Source: Acidimicrobiia bacterium
GTDB lineage: Bacteria > Actinomycetota > Acidimicrobiia > Spongiisociales > UBA11373
Direction of reading: 5' to 3'
Assembly (NCBI GenBank): GCA_016932695.1
Contig: JAFGCH010000016.1
Coordinates: 1,709-65,708 of the forward strand
Length of the DNA: 64,000 bases
Numbering within the stretch: the stretch's first letter is position 1; each line of letters starts with the position of its first letter. This document shows positions 1 through 9,551 of the stretch, one piece after another. A program made the position numbers and the translations under genes. The notes beneath the pieces are model-generated. The model saw only the letters and a list, made by a program, of their open reading frames with translations, searched no databases and was not told the origin of the DNA.

Positions 1-2
1 AG

Positions 3-2144
3 AAGCTGGGGGCGGAGCTGCACAAGGTCCGCCAGACCGTCATCCAGCTGCTGTCCGGCTCCCATTCCGGAGAGGCCTCGGGCCAGGAGCCTTCCTCCGG
101 CGGGCGGCGCGGTGGAGCTCAGGGAGCCGGCACTCCTGAGTCCTCCGGCGGCGGATCCACCGTCCTCGACCAGTTCGGGCGCAACCTCACCCAGTACGCC
201 CGCGAGCGCAAACTCGACCCGGTGATCGGCCGGATGCGGGAGATCGACCGGGTTATGCAGATCCTCTCCCGCCGCACCAAGAACAACCCGGTGCTGGTGG
301 GGGAGCCCGGGGTGGGCAAGACCGCCATCGTCGAAGGCCTGGCGCAGCGCATCATCGCCGGCGAGGTGCCCGAGACCCTCAAGGGCAAGCAGATCTACAC
401 CCTCGACCTGGGGGCCCTGGTGGCCGGCTCCCGCTATCGCGGCGACTTCGAGGAGCGGCTGAAGAAGGTGCTCAAGGAGATTCGCACCCGCGGCGACATC
501 GTCATGTTCATCGACGAGATCCACACTCTGGTGGGAGCCGGAGCCGCCGAGGGGGCCATCGACGCCGCCAGCATCCTGAAGCCCATGCTGGCCCGGGGCG
601 AGCTGCAGACGGTGGGAGCCACCACGCTGGAGGAGTACCGCAAGCACCTGGAGAAGGACTCCGCCCTGGAGCGTCGCTTTCAACCGGTGCAGGTGGACGA
701 GCCCTCGGTGGCCGAGACCATCGAAATCCTCAAAGGCCTGCGGGAGAAGTACGAGACGCACCACGGCGCCCGCTACACCGACGCCGCCCTGGTGAGCGCG
801 GCCAACCTGGCCGACCGCTACATCGCCGACCGGCACCTGCCCGACAAGGCGATCGACCTCATCGACGAGGCGGGGAGCCGTATGCGCATCCATCGCCGGC
901 CCTCGTCGCCGGAACTCGACGACCTCGACCGGCGCATCGCCGGCTTGCGGGGCCAGAAGGAGGAGGCCGTCCAGGCCCAGCAGTTCGAGCGGGCCGCCCA
1001 GGTGCGCGACCAGGAGCGGACCCTGCTCTCCGAGCGCCTGCGCCTGGAAGCGGAGATTTCCCCCGGGACGACCTTCTCGGTCATCGACGAGGAGCAGATC
1101 GCCGAAGTCCTGGCCCAGTGGACGGGCATCCCGGTGCAGAGCCTCACCGAGGAGGAGACGAGCAAGCTCCTGCGCATGGAAGACGAGCTCCACAAGCGCA
1201 TCGTGGGCCAGCATGAGGCGATCGTGGCGGTCAGCCGGGCCATTCGCCGTACCCGGGCCGGCCTCAAGGACCCCAAGCGCCCGGCGGGCTCGTTCATCTT
1301 CCTGGGCCCCTCGGGCGTGGGGAAGACCGAGACGGCCAAGGCCCTAGCCGAGTTCCTCTTCGGCAACGAGAACGCCCTCATCCAGCTGGACATGTCCGAG
1401 TACATGGAGAAGCACACCGTCAGCCGGCTGGTGGGCTCGCCGCCGGGTTACGTGGGCTACGACGAGGGCGGCCAGCTCACCGAAGCGGTGCGGCGCAAGC
1501 CCTTCTCGGTGGTGCTCTTCGACGAGATCGAGAAGGCTCACCCCGACGTCTTCAACACCCTCCTGCAGATTCTCGAGGACGGGCGCCTCACCGACGCCCA
1601 GGGCCGAACGGTGGACTTCAAGAACACCGTGATCATCATGACCTCCAACCTGGGCACCGCCGACCTGCGCCGCAAGTCCATCGGCTTCGTGGCCGAGGGG
1701 GCCGAGGTGGGCTACCAGCAGATCAAGGACAAGGTGACCGAGGCCCTCAAGCGGTCGTTCCGCCCGGAGTTCCTCAACCGCATCGACGAGGTCATCGTCT
1801 TCCACGAGCTGACCATGGGTGAGGTCGGCCAGATCGTGGACCTGATGATGGCCCGGGTGCGCCGCCAGCTGGAGTCCCAGGCGTTGGAGCTGATGCTCAC
1901 CGACTCCGCCAAGGAGGTCCTGGCCCGCAAAGGCTACGACCCTCAACTGGGCGCCCGGCCGCTGCGGCGGGCCATCCAGCGCCTTCTCGAGGATCCCCTG
2001 TCGGAGAAGGTTCTCTTCCACGAGTTCCCCGCCGGCTCCACCATCCTGGTGGATGTGGACGAGGAGGGCGCCGGCCTCACCTTCGTCCCGGTGTCGGCGC
2101 CGGATCGCCCTCCGGTCGAAATGGCCGACTCGCCCGAGGCTTAG
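3..2144 (+). CDS. clpC: ATP-dependent Clp protease ATPase subunit ClpC (5' end outside window)
   Basis: Frame is open from position 3; two AAA+ modules ([16 protein letters not shown]), UVR-like middle domain, GSPPGYVGY pore loop, GARPLRR. Confidence 0.97.
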   Translation, partial: KLGAELHKVRQTVIQLLSGSHSGEASGQEPSSGGRRGGAQGAGTPESSGGGSTVLDQFGRNLTQYARERKLDPVIGRMREIDRVMQILSRRTKNNPVLVGEPGVGKTAIVEGLAQRIIAGEVPETLKGKQIYTLDLGALVAGSRYRGDFEERLKKVLKEIRTRGDIVMFIDEIHTLVGAGAAEGAIDAASILKPMLARGELQTVGATTLEEYRKHLEKDSALERRFQPVQVDEPSVAETIEILKGLREKYETHHGARYTDAALVSAANLADRYIADRHLPDKAIDLIDEAGSRMRIHRRPSSPELDDLDRRIAGLRGQKEEAVQAQQFERAAQVRDQERTLLSERLRLEAEISPGTTFSVIDEEQIAEVLAQWTGIPVQSLTEEETSKLLRMEDELHKRIVGQHEAIVAVSRAIRRTRAGLKDPKRPAGSFIFLGPSGVGKTETAKALAEFLFGNENALIQLDMSEYMEKHTVSRLVGSPPGYVGYDEGGQLTEAVRRKPFSVVLFDEIEKAHPDVFNTLLQILEDGRLTDAQGRTVDFKNTVIIMTSNLGTADLRRKSIGFVAEGAEVGYQQIKDKVTEALKRSFRPEFLNRIDEVIVFHELTMGEVGQIVDLMMARVRRQLESQALELMLTDSAKEVLARKGYDPQLGARPLRRAIQRLLEDPLSEKVLFHEFPAGSTILVDVDEEGAGLTFVPVSAPDRPPVEMADSPEA

Positions 2145-2244
2145 AGGGCGATCGGCCCGACGAACGGGCCTTCAGTTGGTTTAGACTCCGGTTACGGCCT
2201 GTGATGGCCTGAATGTGGGACGGAGCGAAGAGGAGCCAGATTCC

Positions 2245-3438
2245 ATGATGAGAAGAAGGCTTGCCCTGGTCGCGCTCTTGGCAGTGTTCGGCCTCGTCGT
2301 CGCCGCTTGCGGCGACGACGACGGCGGCACGACCGCTGCCCCGACGACGACCGCGGCTACCACGACCACCGCTGCCCCGACGACGACCGCAGCCCCGACG
2401 ACGACGGCGCCGCCCGAGACGACGACGACGGCCGCCCCGATCGCGGCGAAGATCTGCGAGATCACCGACGTCGGCGGCATCGACGACAAGTCCTTCAACG
2501 AGACGGCCTGGAGGGGCATGGAGCTGGCTCGCGACCAGCTCGGTGTCGAGGTGGCCTACCTGGAGTCCCAGGCTGCCACCGATTACCGGCCGAACATCGA
2601 CGCCTTCGTGAACGAGGGCTGCGAACTGATCATCACCGTCGGGTTCCTGCTCGCCAACGACACCGCTCTGGCGGCCTGTGACTACCCGGATCAGAAGTTC
2701 GCCATCATCGACCAGCAGCCGGAGTTCTATCCCGGCTCGCCGTGGGCCGATGCCGACGGCAACCCGCTGTGTGACTTCTCCCAGGTCCGCGGCCTGACCT
2801 TCGCCACCGACGAGGCGGCATTCCTGGCCGGGTACCTGGCGGCCGGCATGACCCAGTCCGGCGTGGTGGGCACCTTCGGCGGCATCAACATCCCGCCGGT
2901 GACCATCTTCATGGACGGCTTTGTCAAGGGCGTCCGCTACTACAACGAGCTGAACGGCACCGACGTCCAGGCGCTCGGCTGGAACCCGGACACCGCCGAA
3001 GGGTTGTTCACGGGCAACTTCGAGAGCCTCGACGACGGCCGGGCATTCGGGGAGAACCTGAACGACGAAGGCGCCGACATCGTCCTGCCGGTGGCCGGCC
3101 CCGTGGGCCTGGGCACCGCGGCGGCAGCGCAGGAGCGCGGCTTCCTGGTCATCGGTGTCGACGCCGACCAGTACCTCACCGCCCCCGAGTTCGCCGGCGT
3201 CTGGCTGACCTCGATCCTGAAGAACATGGACGTGGCCGTGCTCAACACGATCACCAACGTGCTCAACCTGGGCTCGGTCGGCAACCTGTACGTGGGCACC
3301 CTCGCCAACGGCGGCGTGGGCCTGGCCCCGTACCACGACCTCGAGGGCACCGTCCCGGCCGACCTGGCCGCTGCCATCGAGCAGATCAAGGCGGACATCA
3401 TCGCCGCCGGCGGCCTGGCTGCCTTCCTGACCTCGTAG
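2245..3438 (+). CDS. BMP family ABC transporter substrate-binding lipoprotein (nucleoside/purine type)
   Basis: AGGAG SD at 2231; lipobox VAAC; Thr-rich linker; GGIDDKSFN and VIGVDADQ motifs. Confidence 0.92.
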   Translation: MMRRRLALVALLAVFGLVVAACGDDDGGTTAAPTTTAATTTTAAPTTTAAPTTTAPPETTTTAAPIAAKICEITDVGGIDDKSFNETAWRGMELARDQLGVEVAYLESQAATDYRPNIDAFVNEGCELIITVGFLLANDTALAACDYPDQKFAIIDQQPEFYPGSPWADADGNPLCDFSQVRGLTFATDEAAFLAGYLAAGMTQSGVVGTFGGINIPPVTIFMDGFVKGVRYYNELNGTDVQALGWNPDTAEGLFTGNFESLDDGRAFGENLNDEGADIVLPVAGPVGLGTAAAAQERGFLVIGVDADQYLTAPEFAGVWLTSILKNMDVAVLNTITNVLNLGSVGNLYVGTLANGGVGLAPYHDLEGTVPADLAAAIEQIKADIIAAGGLAAFLTS

Positions 3439-3471
3439 GGGTAACAGGGAGTATCCAGAGACCCGAAGCGT

Positions 3472-3509
3472 GAGGATCCCCCCGGCTCGCCGGGGGGATC
3501 CTCTTTTTT
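3472..3509 (+). terminator. Rho-independent terminator after the BMP gene
   Basis: Perfect 14-bp stem GAGGATCCCCCCGG-ctcg-CCGGGGGGATCCTC followed by TTTTTT. Confidence 0.9.
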
Positions 3510-3569
3510 GGGCGGCGGCCGGGCCGTCGTGTAGTCTGCGCCCTCACCGAGGGGAGTGAGGGAGCGGGG

Positions 3570-5273
3570 TTGGAACTCCAGCTGCGAGGAATCACCAAGC
3601 GATTCCCCGGCGTGCTCGCCAACGACCGCATCGACCTCACGGTGCGCTCCGGCGAGATCCTCGGCCTGCTGGGCGAGAACGGTGCCGGCAAGACCACTCT
3701 CATGAACATCCTCTACGGCCTCTACTCGGCCGACGAGGGAGAGATCCTCATCGAGGGCGAGGTGCAGCAGTTCTCCGGCCCGGGCGACGCCATCGCGGCC
3801 GGGATCGGCATGGTGCACCAGCACTTCATGCTGGTCCCGGTCTTCAGCGTGGCGGAGAACGTGGTGCTGGGCGTCGAGCCCACCCGCCGCATGCCCGCCT
3901 GGCTGGGGCCGGCGCTCGCCGGGGCCTTCGGCGCAATGATCGCCGGTTCCTCCTTCGCTTTGTCCTGGTTCGGCTGGCCGACCTGGCTGTGGGCCATCCT
4001 GATGGCGATCGTCGGCGGGGCGGTGGGCTTCCTCGCCCGGTGGGCTTGGCCGTTCCTCACCCGCTCCAAGGGCAAGGCGCGTCGTGGGGGCTCCATCAAC
4101 ATGCGCGAGGCGCGGCGCGACGTCAGGGAGATCTCGGAGCGCTACGGCCTGGAAGTGGACCCCGAAGCGATCATCGAGGACCTGCCCGTAGGGGTGCAGC
4201 AGCGGGTGGAGATCATCAAGGTCCTCTTCCGCGAGGCCCAGTTCCTCGTCTTCGATGAGCCCACCGCAGTGCTGACCCCCCAGGAGGTCCAGGAGTTCTT
4301 CGGCATCGTGCGCTCGCTGCGCGACGCCGGCAAGGGCATCGTGTTCATTACCCACAAGCTGGGCGAGGTGATCGAGATCTCCGACCGTATCGCCGTGCTG
4401 CGCGACGGCCGGGTGGTGGGTGAGGCGCTCCCCGGAGAGGTCGACCAGAACTGCCTCGCCGAGATGATGGTGGGCCGCCCGGTAGAGCTCACCGTGGCCA
4501 AGGAGACCGCGACCCCGGGCGACGCGGTGCTCGAGGTGACCGACCTGGTGGTGCTCGACGAGCGGGAGCACCCGGCGGTCAACGGGGTCTCCTTCCGGGT
4601 CCGGGCGGGGGAGATCGTGGGGATCGCCGGCGTCCAGGGCAACGGTCAGACCGAGTTGGTGCGGGCTCTCACCGGCATGCGGCCTCCGCTGCGGGGGTCC
4701 ATCAGGATCGCCGGGGAGGAAGTGGCCGGAGCCGACCCGCGACACATCCACCGGCTGGGTGTGGCTCACGTGCCCGAGGACCGCCTGCGCCATGGGCTGG
4801 TAACCGCCTTCACCGTGGCCGAGAACATGGTTCTCGACAGCTACCACTCCGCCCCCTACTCCCGGGCGTTCGTCATGGACTGGGGCAAGACCCGGGAGGA
4901 GTCGCGCCGTCTGGTGGAGCAGTTCGATGTGCGCACCCCGAGCATCGAGGTCAAGGCGGCCAACCTCTCCGGCGGCAACCAGCAGAAGGTGATCGTGGCC
5001 CGGGAGTTCGGGCGGGAGAACGTGAAGCTGGCCGTGGCGTCTCAGCCCACCCGCGGCCTCGACGTCGGGTCCATCGAGTACATCCACAGTCAGATCGTCA
5101 CCCAGCGCGACCGCGGGGCGGCGATCCTCATCGTCTCCACCGAGCTCGACGAGGTCATGGCCCTCAGCGATCGGCTGCTGGTGATGTACCGGGGCAAGGT
5201 GGTGGCCGAGCTCGACCCCAAGCAGGTCACCCCGGCCGAGGTCGGCCTCCACATGGCAGGAGCGAAGCTGTGA
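3570..5273 (+). CDS. Sugar/nucleoside ABC transporter ATPase (two fused NBDs) with an internal hydrophobic insertion
   Basis: GENGAGKTT, MVHQHF Q-loop, DEPT, LSGGNQQK, SQPTRGLD; TTG start. Confidence 0.93.
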   Translation: MELQLRGITKRFPGVLANDRIDLTVRSGEILGLLGENGAGKTTLMNILYGLYSADEGEILIEGEVQQFSGPGDAIAAGIGMVHQHFMLVPVFSVAENVVLGVEPTRRMPAWLGPALAGAFGAMIAGSSFALSWFGWPTWLWAILMAIVGGAVGFLARWAWPFLTRSKGKARRGGSINMREARRDVREISERYGLEVDPEAIIEDLPVGVQQRVEIIKVLFREAQFLVFDEPTAVLTPQEVQEFFGIVRSLRDAGKGIVFITHKLGEVIEISDRIAVLRDGRVVGEALPGEVDQNCLAEMMVGRPVELTVAKETATPGDAVLEVTDLVVLDEREHPAVNGVSFRVRAGEIVGIAGVQGNGQTELVRALTGMRPPLRGSIRIAGEEVAGADPRHIHRLGVAHVPEDRLRHGLVTAFTVAENMVLDSYHSAPYSRAFVMDWGKTREESRRLVEQFDVRTPSIEVKAANLSGGNQQKVIVAREFGRENVKLAVASQPTRGLDVGSIEYIHSQIVTQRDRGAAILIVSTELDEVMALSDRLLVMYRGKVVAELDPKQVTPAEVGLHMAGAKL

Positions 5274-6487
5274 GCGATCGACCCGAGCTCGAGCAGTCTC
5301 CGGAGGAGAAGAAGCCCGGGCGTCTCGGCAGCCGCCTGTTCCGGGAGATCACCGGGGTGGGCGTCGACTGGCGCAGCGCGATGCTGGTCCCCCTCCTGGC
5401 GGTGATCACCGCCCTCATCGTCAGCGCGGTGATCATCGCCATCACCGACGTTGATGCGCTGCGCATGTGGGGCAGCAAGCCGGGTGAGGCCGCCGCCGAG
5501 ACGTTCGGCACCATTCGCGATGCCTACGTGGCCCTGTTCAAGGGCGCTTTCTGGGGCCTCAAGGCGTTCTCCGAAACCCTGATTGCCGCCGCGCCCCTGA
5601 TCCTGACCGGGCTGTCGGTGGCCATCGGCTTCCGGGCGGGCCTCTTCAACATCGGGCCCGAGGGGCAGATGCTCATGGGCGGCCTGGCCGCCACCATCAT
5701 CGGCTTCTACTTCGATCTCCCCGCCGTCATCCACCTGCCCTTCGCCCTGTTGGGCGGCCTCGTGGCCGGGGCCATCTGGGGCGGCATCCCCGGCCTGCTA
5801 CGGGCCAAGACGGGAGCCCATGAGGTCATCACCACCATCATGTTGAACTGGATCGCCATCCGGTTCATCGACTGGGTGTTGAAGACCAGTTTCGTCCAGC
5901 AGGGCGGGCGCCAGGACCCGGTTTCCAAGAACGTCCGGCCCAGTGCCCTCTTGCCCCGGTTCTTCGACGACCCCACCATCCGCCTCCACGCCGGGGTCAT
6001 CGTGGCCCTGCTGGCCGCCGCCTTCATCTTCTGGCTGCTGTATCGCACCACGATTGGCTATCAGTTCCGGGCGGTGGGCTACAACCCCGATGCGGCGCAC
6101 TACGCCGGCATGAAGGTCACCTGGATGTACGTGCTGGTCATGGCCATTGCCGGGGGTATGGCCGGCCTGGGCGGGGCCAACCAGATCCTCGGGCCCCTGG
6201 TCCGGGCTACCCCAGGGTTCTCCGCGGGCATCGGCTTCGACGCCATCGCCCTGGCGCTGCTGGGTCGCTCCCATCCGGTGGGAGTGGTCCTGGCCGGCCT
6301 GCTGTTCGGGGCTTTGGAGGCGGGAGGCCGTGAGATGCAGGTGGCCACCGACGTGTCCATCGACCTCATCTTGGTGGTGCAGGCCTTGATCGTGGTGTTC
6401 ATCGCCGCTCCGGCGCTGATCCGGGCCATCTACCGGGTGCGCACCGGTGGCGAAGCAGAGCGGATCACTAAGGGGTGGGCGGCATGA
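5270..6487 (+). CDS. Nucleoside ABC transporter permease
   Basis: GLFNIGPEGQ, HEVITTIMLN, GFDAIALALLG; GTGA overlap with the ATPase gene. Confidence 0.92.
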   Translation: MSDRPELEQSPEEKKPGRLGSRLFREITGVGVDWRSAMLVPLLAVITALIVSAVIIAITDVDALRMWGSKPGEAAAETFGTIRDAYVALFKGAFWGLKAFSETLIAAAPLILTGLSVAIGFRAGLFNIGPEGQMLMGGLAATIIGFYFDLPAVIHLPFALLGGLVAGAIWGGIPGLLRAKTGAHEVITTIMLNWIAIRFIDWVLKTSFVQQGGRQDPVSKNVRPSALLPRFFDDPTIRLHAGVIVALLAAAFIFWLLYRTTIGYQFRAVGYNPDAAHYAGMKVTWMYVLVMAIAGGMAGLGGANQILGPLVRATPGFSAGIGFDAIALALLGRSHPVGVVLAGLLFGALEAGGREMQVATDVSIDLILVVQALIVVFIAAPALIRAIYRVRTGGEAERITKGWAA

Positions 6488-7746
6488 CCGCCGAAGCCGC
6501 TCTTCGCTCCCCGCGGGAGATCCGCCGGGCCCGCTACCTGGGCATCACCTACCTGGTGCTGTCCGGGTTCGTGCTGTGGTTCTTCGGCATCGGCAGCTGG
6601 GGCGAGGGGATCGCCGACTTCGGCATGGCCCGGCCCACCGACACCTTCGACTGGATCCCCAGCCTGCCGGTGCCTGCGGCCGCTTTCGCCATCGGAGTGG
6701 CGGTGGTATTCGCCTTCATGGGCGGGGTGCAGTTGGTCCGTGGCTTCGGGCGCTGGCAGAACCGCATCCTGGCCATCGCCTTCATCCTGTTCATCTTTGC
6801 CTTCCTCGGCTGGGCCGCCGCGGGGCAGTCCTTTAACCTCGTCGGCATGCTGCGCACCGCCGTGGAGCGCAGCACCCCGATCACCTTCGGGGCGCTGGCG
6901 GGCCTCCTCGGTGAGCGGGTGGCGGTCATCAACATTGCCATCGAAGGGCAGTTGCTCGCCGGGGCCTTCGCCGGGGCCCTGGTCGCCTCGATCACGAGCA
7001 ACGCCTGGCCGGGCGTGGTCGCGGCGGTGCTGGTGGGGCTGTTCTTCGGCTGGGTGCTGGCGGTGCTGGCCATCCGCTACCGGGTGGACCAGATCATCAT
7101 CGGGGTGGTCATCAACATTTTCGTGCTGGGACTGACCTCGTTCCTCACTGCCCGGATCCTCGCCCCCAACCCCCACCTGAACAGGGGGATCAAGCTGAAC
7201 TCCTGGCGCATCCCCGGCTTGGGCGATATCCCCGTCATCGGGCCGATCTTCTTCGACCAGACGATCTTCGTGTACGCCTCGCTGATCCTGGTGGCGGTGC
7301 TGGCCTACACCCTGTTCCACACCAGGTGGGGCCTGCAGGCCCGGGCGGTGGGCGAGCACCCGCGGGCGGCGGACACCGTGGGCATCAACGTCTACCGCTA
7401 CCGCTACCTCAACGTGCTGCTGGGCGGGGCGGTGGCCGGCTTCGGCGGCGCCTACTTCACCATCGGCACGGTGGGCCGCTTCGACGAGAACATGACCACG
7501 GGCCGCGGCTTCATCGCCCTGGCCGCCATGATCTTCGGCCGCTGGCACCCGGTGGGGGCCCTCTCGGCGGCTCTGATCTTCGGCTTTGCCGATGCCCTGG
7601 CCGGCAAGCTGGGCATCCTGCAGACCGGGATCCCTTCGGAGTTCCTGCTGATGGCCCCCTACATCGCCACCCTGGTGGTCGTCACGGGGATCGTCGGCAA
7701 GGCCCGCCCGCCCGCTGCCGATGGCCAGGTGTACGTGAAGGAGTAG
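6484..7746 (+). CDS. Nucleoside ABC transporter permease
   Basis: NIAIEG, AVGEHPRAADTVGINV, GRGFIALAAMIFG; ATGA overlap. Confidence 0.92.
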   Translation: MTAEAALRSPREIRRARYLGITYLVLSGFVLWFFGIGSWGEGIADFGMARPTDTFDWIPSLPVPAAAFAIGVAVVFAFMGGVQLVRGFGRWQNRILAIAFILFIFAFLGWAAAGQSFNLVGMLRTAVERSTPITFGALAGLLGERVAVINIAIEGQLLAGAFAGALVASITSNAWPGVVAAVLVGLFFGWVLAVLAIRYRVDQIIIGVVINIFVLGLTSFLTARILAPNPHLNRGIKLNSWRIPGLGDIPVIGPIFFDQTIFVYASLILVAVLAYTLFHTRWGLQARAVGEHPRAADTVGINVYRYRYLNVLLGGAVAGFGGAYFTIGTVGRFDENMTTGRGFIALAAMIFGRWHPVGALSAALIFGFADALAGKLGILQTGIPSEFLLMAPYIATLVVVTGIVGKARPPAADGQVYVKE

Positions 7747-7818
7747 GGCCGCGCCCGGCGCGAGGGGGCCGGGAGAGTCCAGACCCCGGCGGCGCGGGCG
7801 CCACTACGCTCGCCCCTG

Positions 7819-8499
7819 ATGCCTGCCCGCTCCCCGCTCCCGGTGGCTCTAGCCCTGCTGGCCGCGGCCTACGTGGCGGCGCAGATACTGGCCGATGTGA
7901 CCAGCCTGAAAATCACCGAGGTGGCCGGCTTCAGCATGGACGCCGGCACCCTGGTGTACCCCTTCACCTTCACCTTGCGCGACCTGGTCCACAAGGTGGC
8001 CGGGAAGCAGGTGGCCCGCGCCCTGATCATCGCCGCCGCAGTGATCAACATGCTCATGGCGGGGCTGTTTTGGCTGGTGGCCCGGCTGCCCGGCGTCGCC
8101 GGTTCGGGCCCGCAGACCGAGCTGTTCGGCTCGGTCCTGGCGCCGGTCTGGCGGATTGTGTTCGCCTCGATCATCGCCGAGGTGATCGCCGAGTTCGTCG
8201 ACACGGAGGCCTATTCCTGGTGGGAGCGGCGCTTCGGGAGCCGCCTGCAGTGGGGCCGGGTGCTGGCCTCCAACGCGGTTTCGGTGCCTCTGGACACCAT
8301 CCTGTTCGTCCTCATCGCCTTCGCCGGGCGCCTCGGCTCCGGTGACCTGACGGAGATCTTCGTGACCAACGTCTTGGTCAAGGGCGTGGTGACCGTGGTG
8401 TCGATCCCCTGGATCTACTTCGTCCGTCCCGGCGCGGGGCGCGGCGGTGACCGCGAGGCGGCTCAGCCGCCGGTGGTCTCGGGAGAGACGCGACCGTAG
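7819..8499 (+). CDS. Queuosine precursor transporter (YhhQ/VUT family)
   Basis: Membrane protein with GTLVYPFTFTLRDLV, RIVFASIIA and SNAVSVPLDTILF motifs. Confidence 0.8.
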   Translation: MPARSPLPVALALLAAAYVAAQILADVTSLKITEVAGFSMDAGTLVYPFTFTLRDLVHKVAGKQVARALIIAAAVINMLMAGLFWLVARLPGVAGSGPQTELFGSVLAPVWRIVFASIIAEVIAEFVDTEAYSWWERRFGSRLQWGRVLASNAVSVPLDTILFVLIAFAGRLGSGDLTEIFVTNVLVKGVVTVVSIPWIYFVRPGAGRGGDREAAQPPVVSGETRP

Positions 8500-9329
8500 A
8501 AGGCGATCTCCTGCAACGCCAGCTCCTTGAAGGGCTCCTTGCCTTCGTACGTCTGGCCCGGGTAGGCGCTGGTGATAGTGACGGTCACGCTGGAGGTGCG
8601 CAAGCTGCGCAATTGCACCCGCTGGGGCTCGTTGGTGTCTTCCAGTTCGGCGATGGTCGCCTGGGGCAGGTCGTCGATGACGATCTCGACGCCTTTGATG
8701 CGAGCGTTGCGCTCGAAGCGCTCGGTGTCGTCGAGGTTGTAGAGGATGACCTCGGCGATCTGCACCGGCGGGGAGAAGAGGAAGGTGATCTCGGTGCCCA
8801 CTCCGCCTTCCCGGGCGTTCCAGGAGTTGTCGGGGTCGTCGTCGATAAGCGCCTCGCAGGGGTAGGAGGCCAGCTCCGACGAGCAGTCCACGCGGATCGG
8901 CTGCAGCTCCACGATGTCGAGGACGACGGTCGTGGTGCTGCTGGTGGTGGTGGATTCGGCCGTGCCGTCGCCACCTCGGAAGACGTTCACCGCTAGGGCG
9001 AGCAGAGCCACGGTGAGGATGACCCCGGCCAGCACCATTAGGGCCCGGGCCCCGGCGGTGGTCCGCAACATGGGCTGAGGGGCCACCGGCAGCGGTGCCT
9101 GGGAGAGGCGGGCGCCGCAGGAGTCGCAGTGGCGGTTGAACGGCGGGTTCAGCGTGCCGCAGGAGGGACAGGGCACCCCGGTGGGCGGCCCGCCCCGCCC
9201 GCCGCCGGAGCGCGGCGCGGGGGGCTCCACGGAACGGGGCGCCGTCCGGCGGGTCTCGCCGGTGGGCTTGTCCTCGAGCTCGAAGGGTTCGAAGACCTCG
9301 TCAAAGGGTTCGTCGGGCCTGTCGTCCAC
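8463..9329 (-). CDS. Zinc-ribbon + transmembrane + discoidin/glycan-binding-like domain protein
   Basis: GTG at 9329 after AGGTGAGG; CPSC..CDSC, one TM helix, Thr linker, C-terminal ALIDDDPDNSW...LALQEIAFYG. Confidence 0.7.
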   Translation of the reverse strand: MDDRPDEPFDEVFEPFELEDKPTGETRRTAPRSVEPPAPRSGGGRGGPPTGVPCPSCGTLNPPFNRHCDSCGARLSQAPLPVAPQPMLRTTAGARALMVLAGVILTVALLALAVNVFRGGDGTAESTTTSSTTTVVLDIVELQPIRVDCSSELASYPCEALIDDDPDNSWNAREGGVGTEITFLFSPPVQIAEVILYNLDDTERFERNARIKGVEIVIDDLPQATIAELEDTNEPQRVQLRSLRTSSVTVTITSAYPGQTYEGKEPFKELALQEIAFYGRVSPETTGG

Positions 9330-9398
9330 GATCCTCACCTGGGGTGGTGCGTCGGGCCCGCACGGGGGTGCCGGCGCCGTCGCAGTATTGTGCCACGG

Positions 9399-9542
9399 AT
9401 GGAGGCTTTGGCAGCGCAGTGGCTCGCCGAGATCCGGGCGGTGGAGGGTTGGTCGGTGGGGAACGCCTTCGGTGCCTTGCTGTTGAGCGCCGTGGTGCTG
9501 GGCCTCGTCCTCTACGCCTTTTGTGTCACCCTGCGGCGGTAG
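9399..9542 (+). CDS. Small (47 aa) putative membrane protein
   Basis: TATTGT 7 nt before ATG; hydrophobic C-terminal helix ending in RR. Confidence 0.5.
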   Translation: MEALAAQWLAEIRAVEGWSVGNAFGALLLSAVVLGLVLYAFCVTLRR

Positions 9543-9551
9543 CGTCACCTC

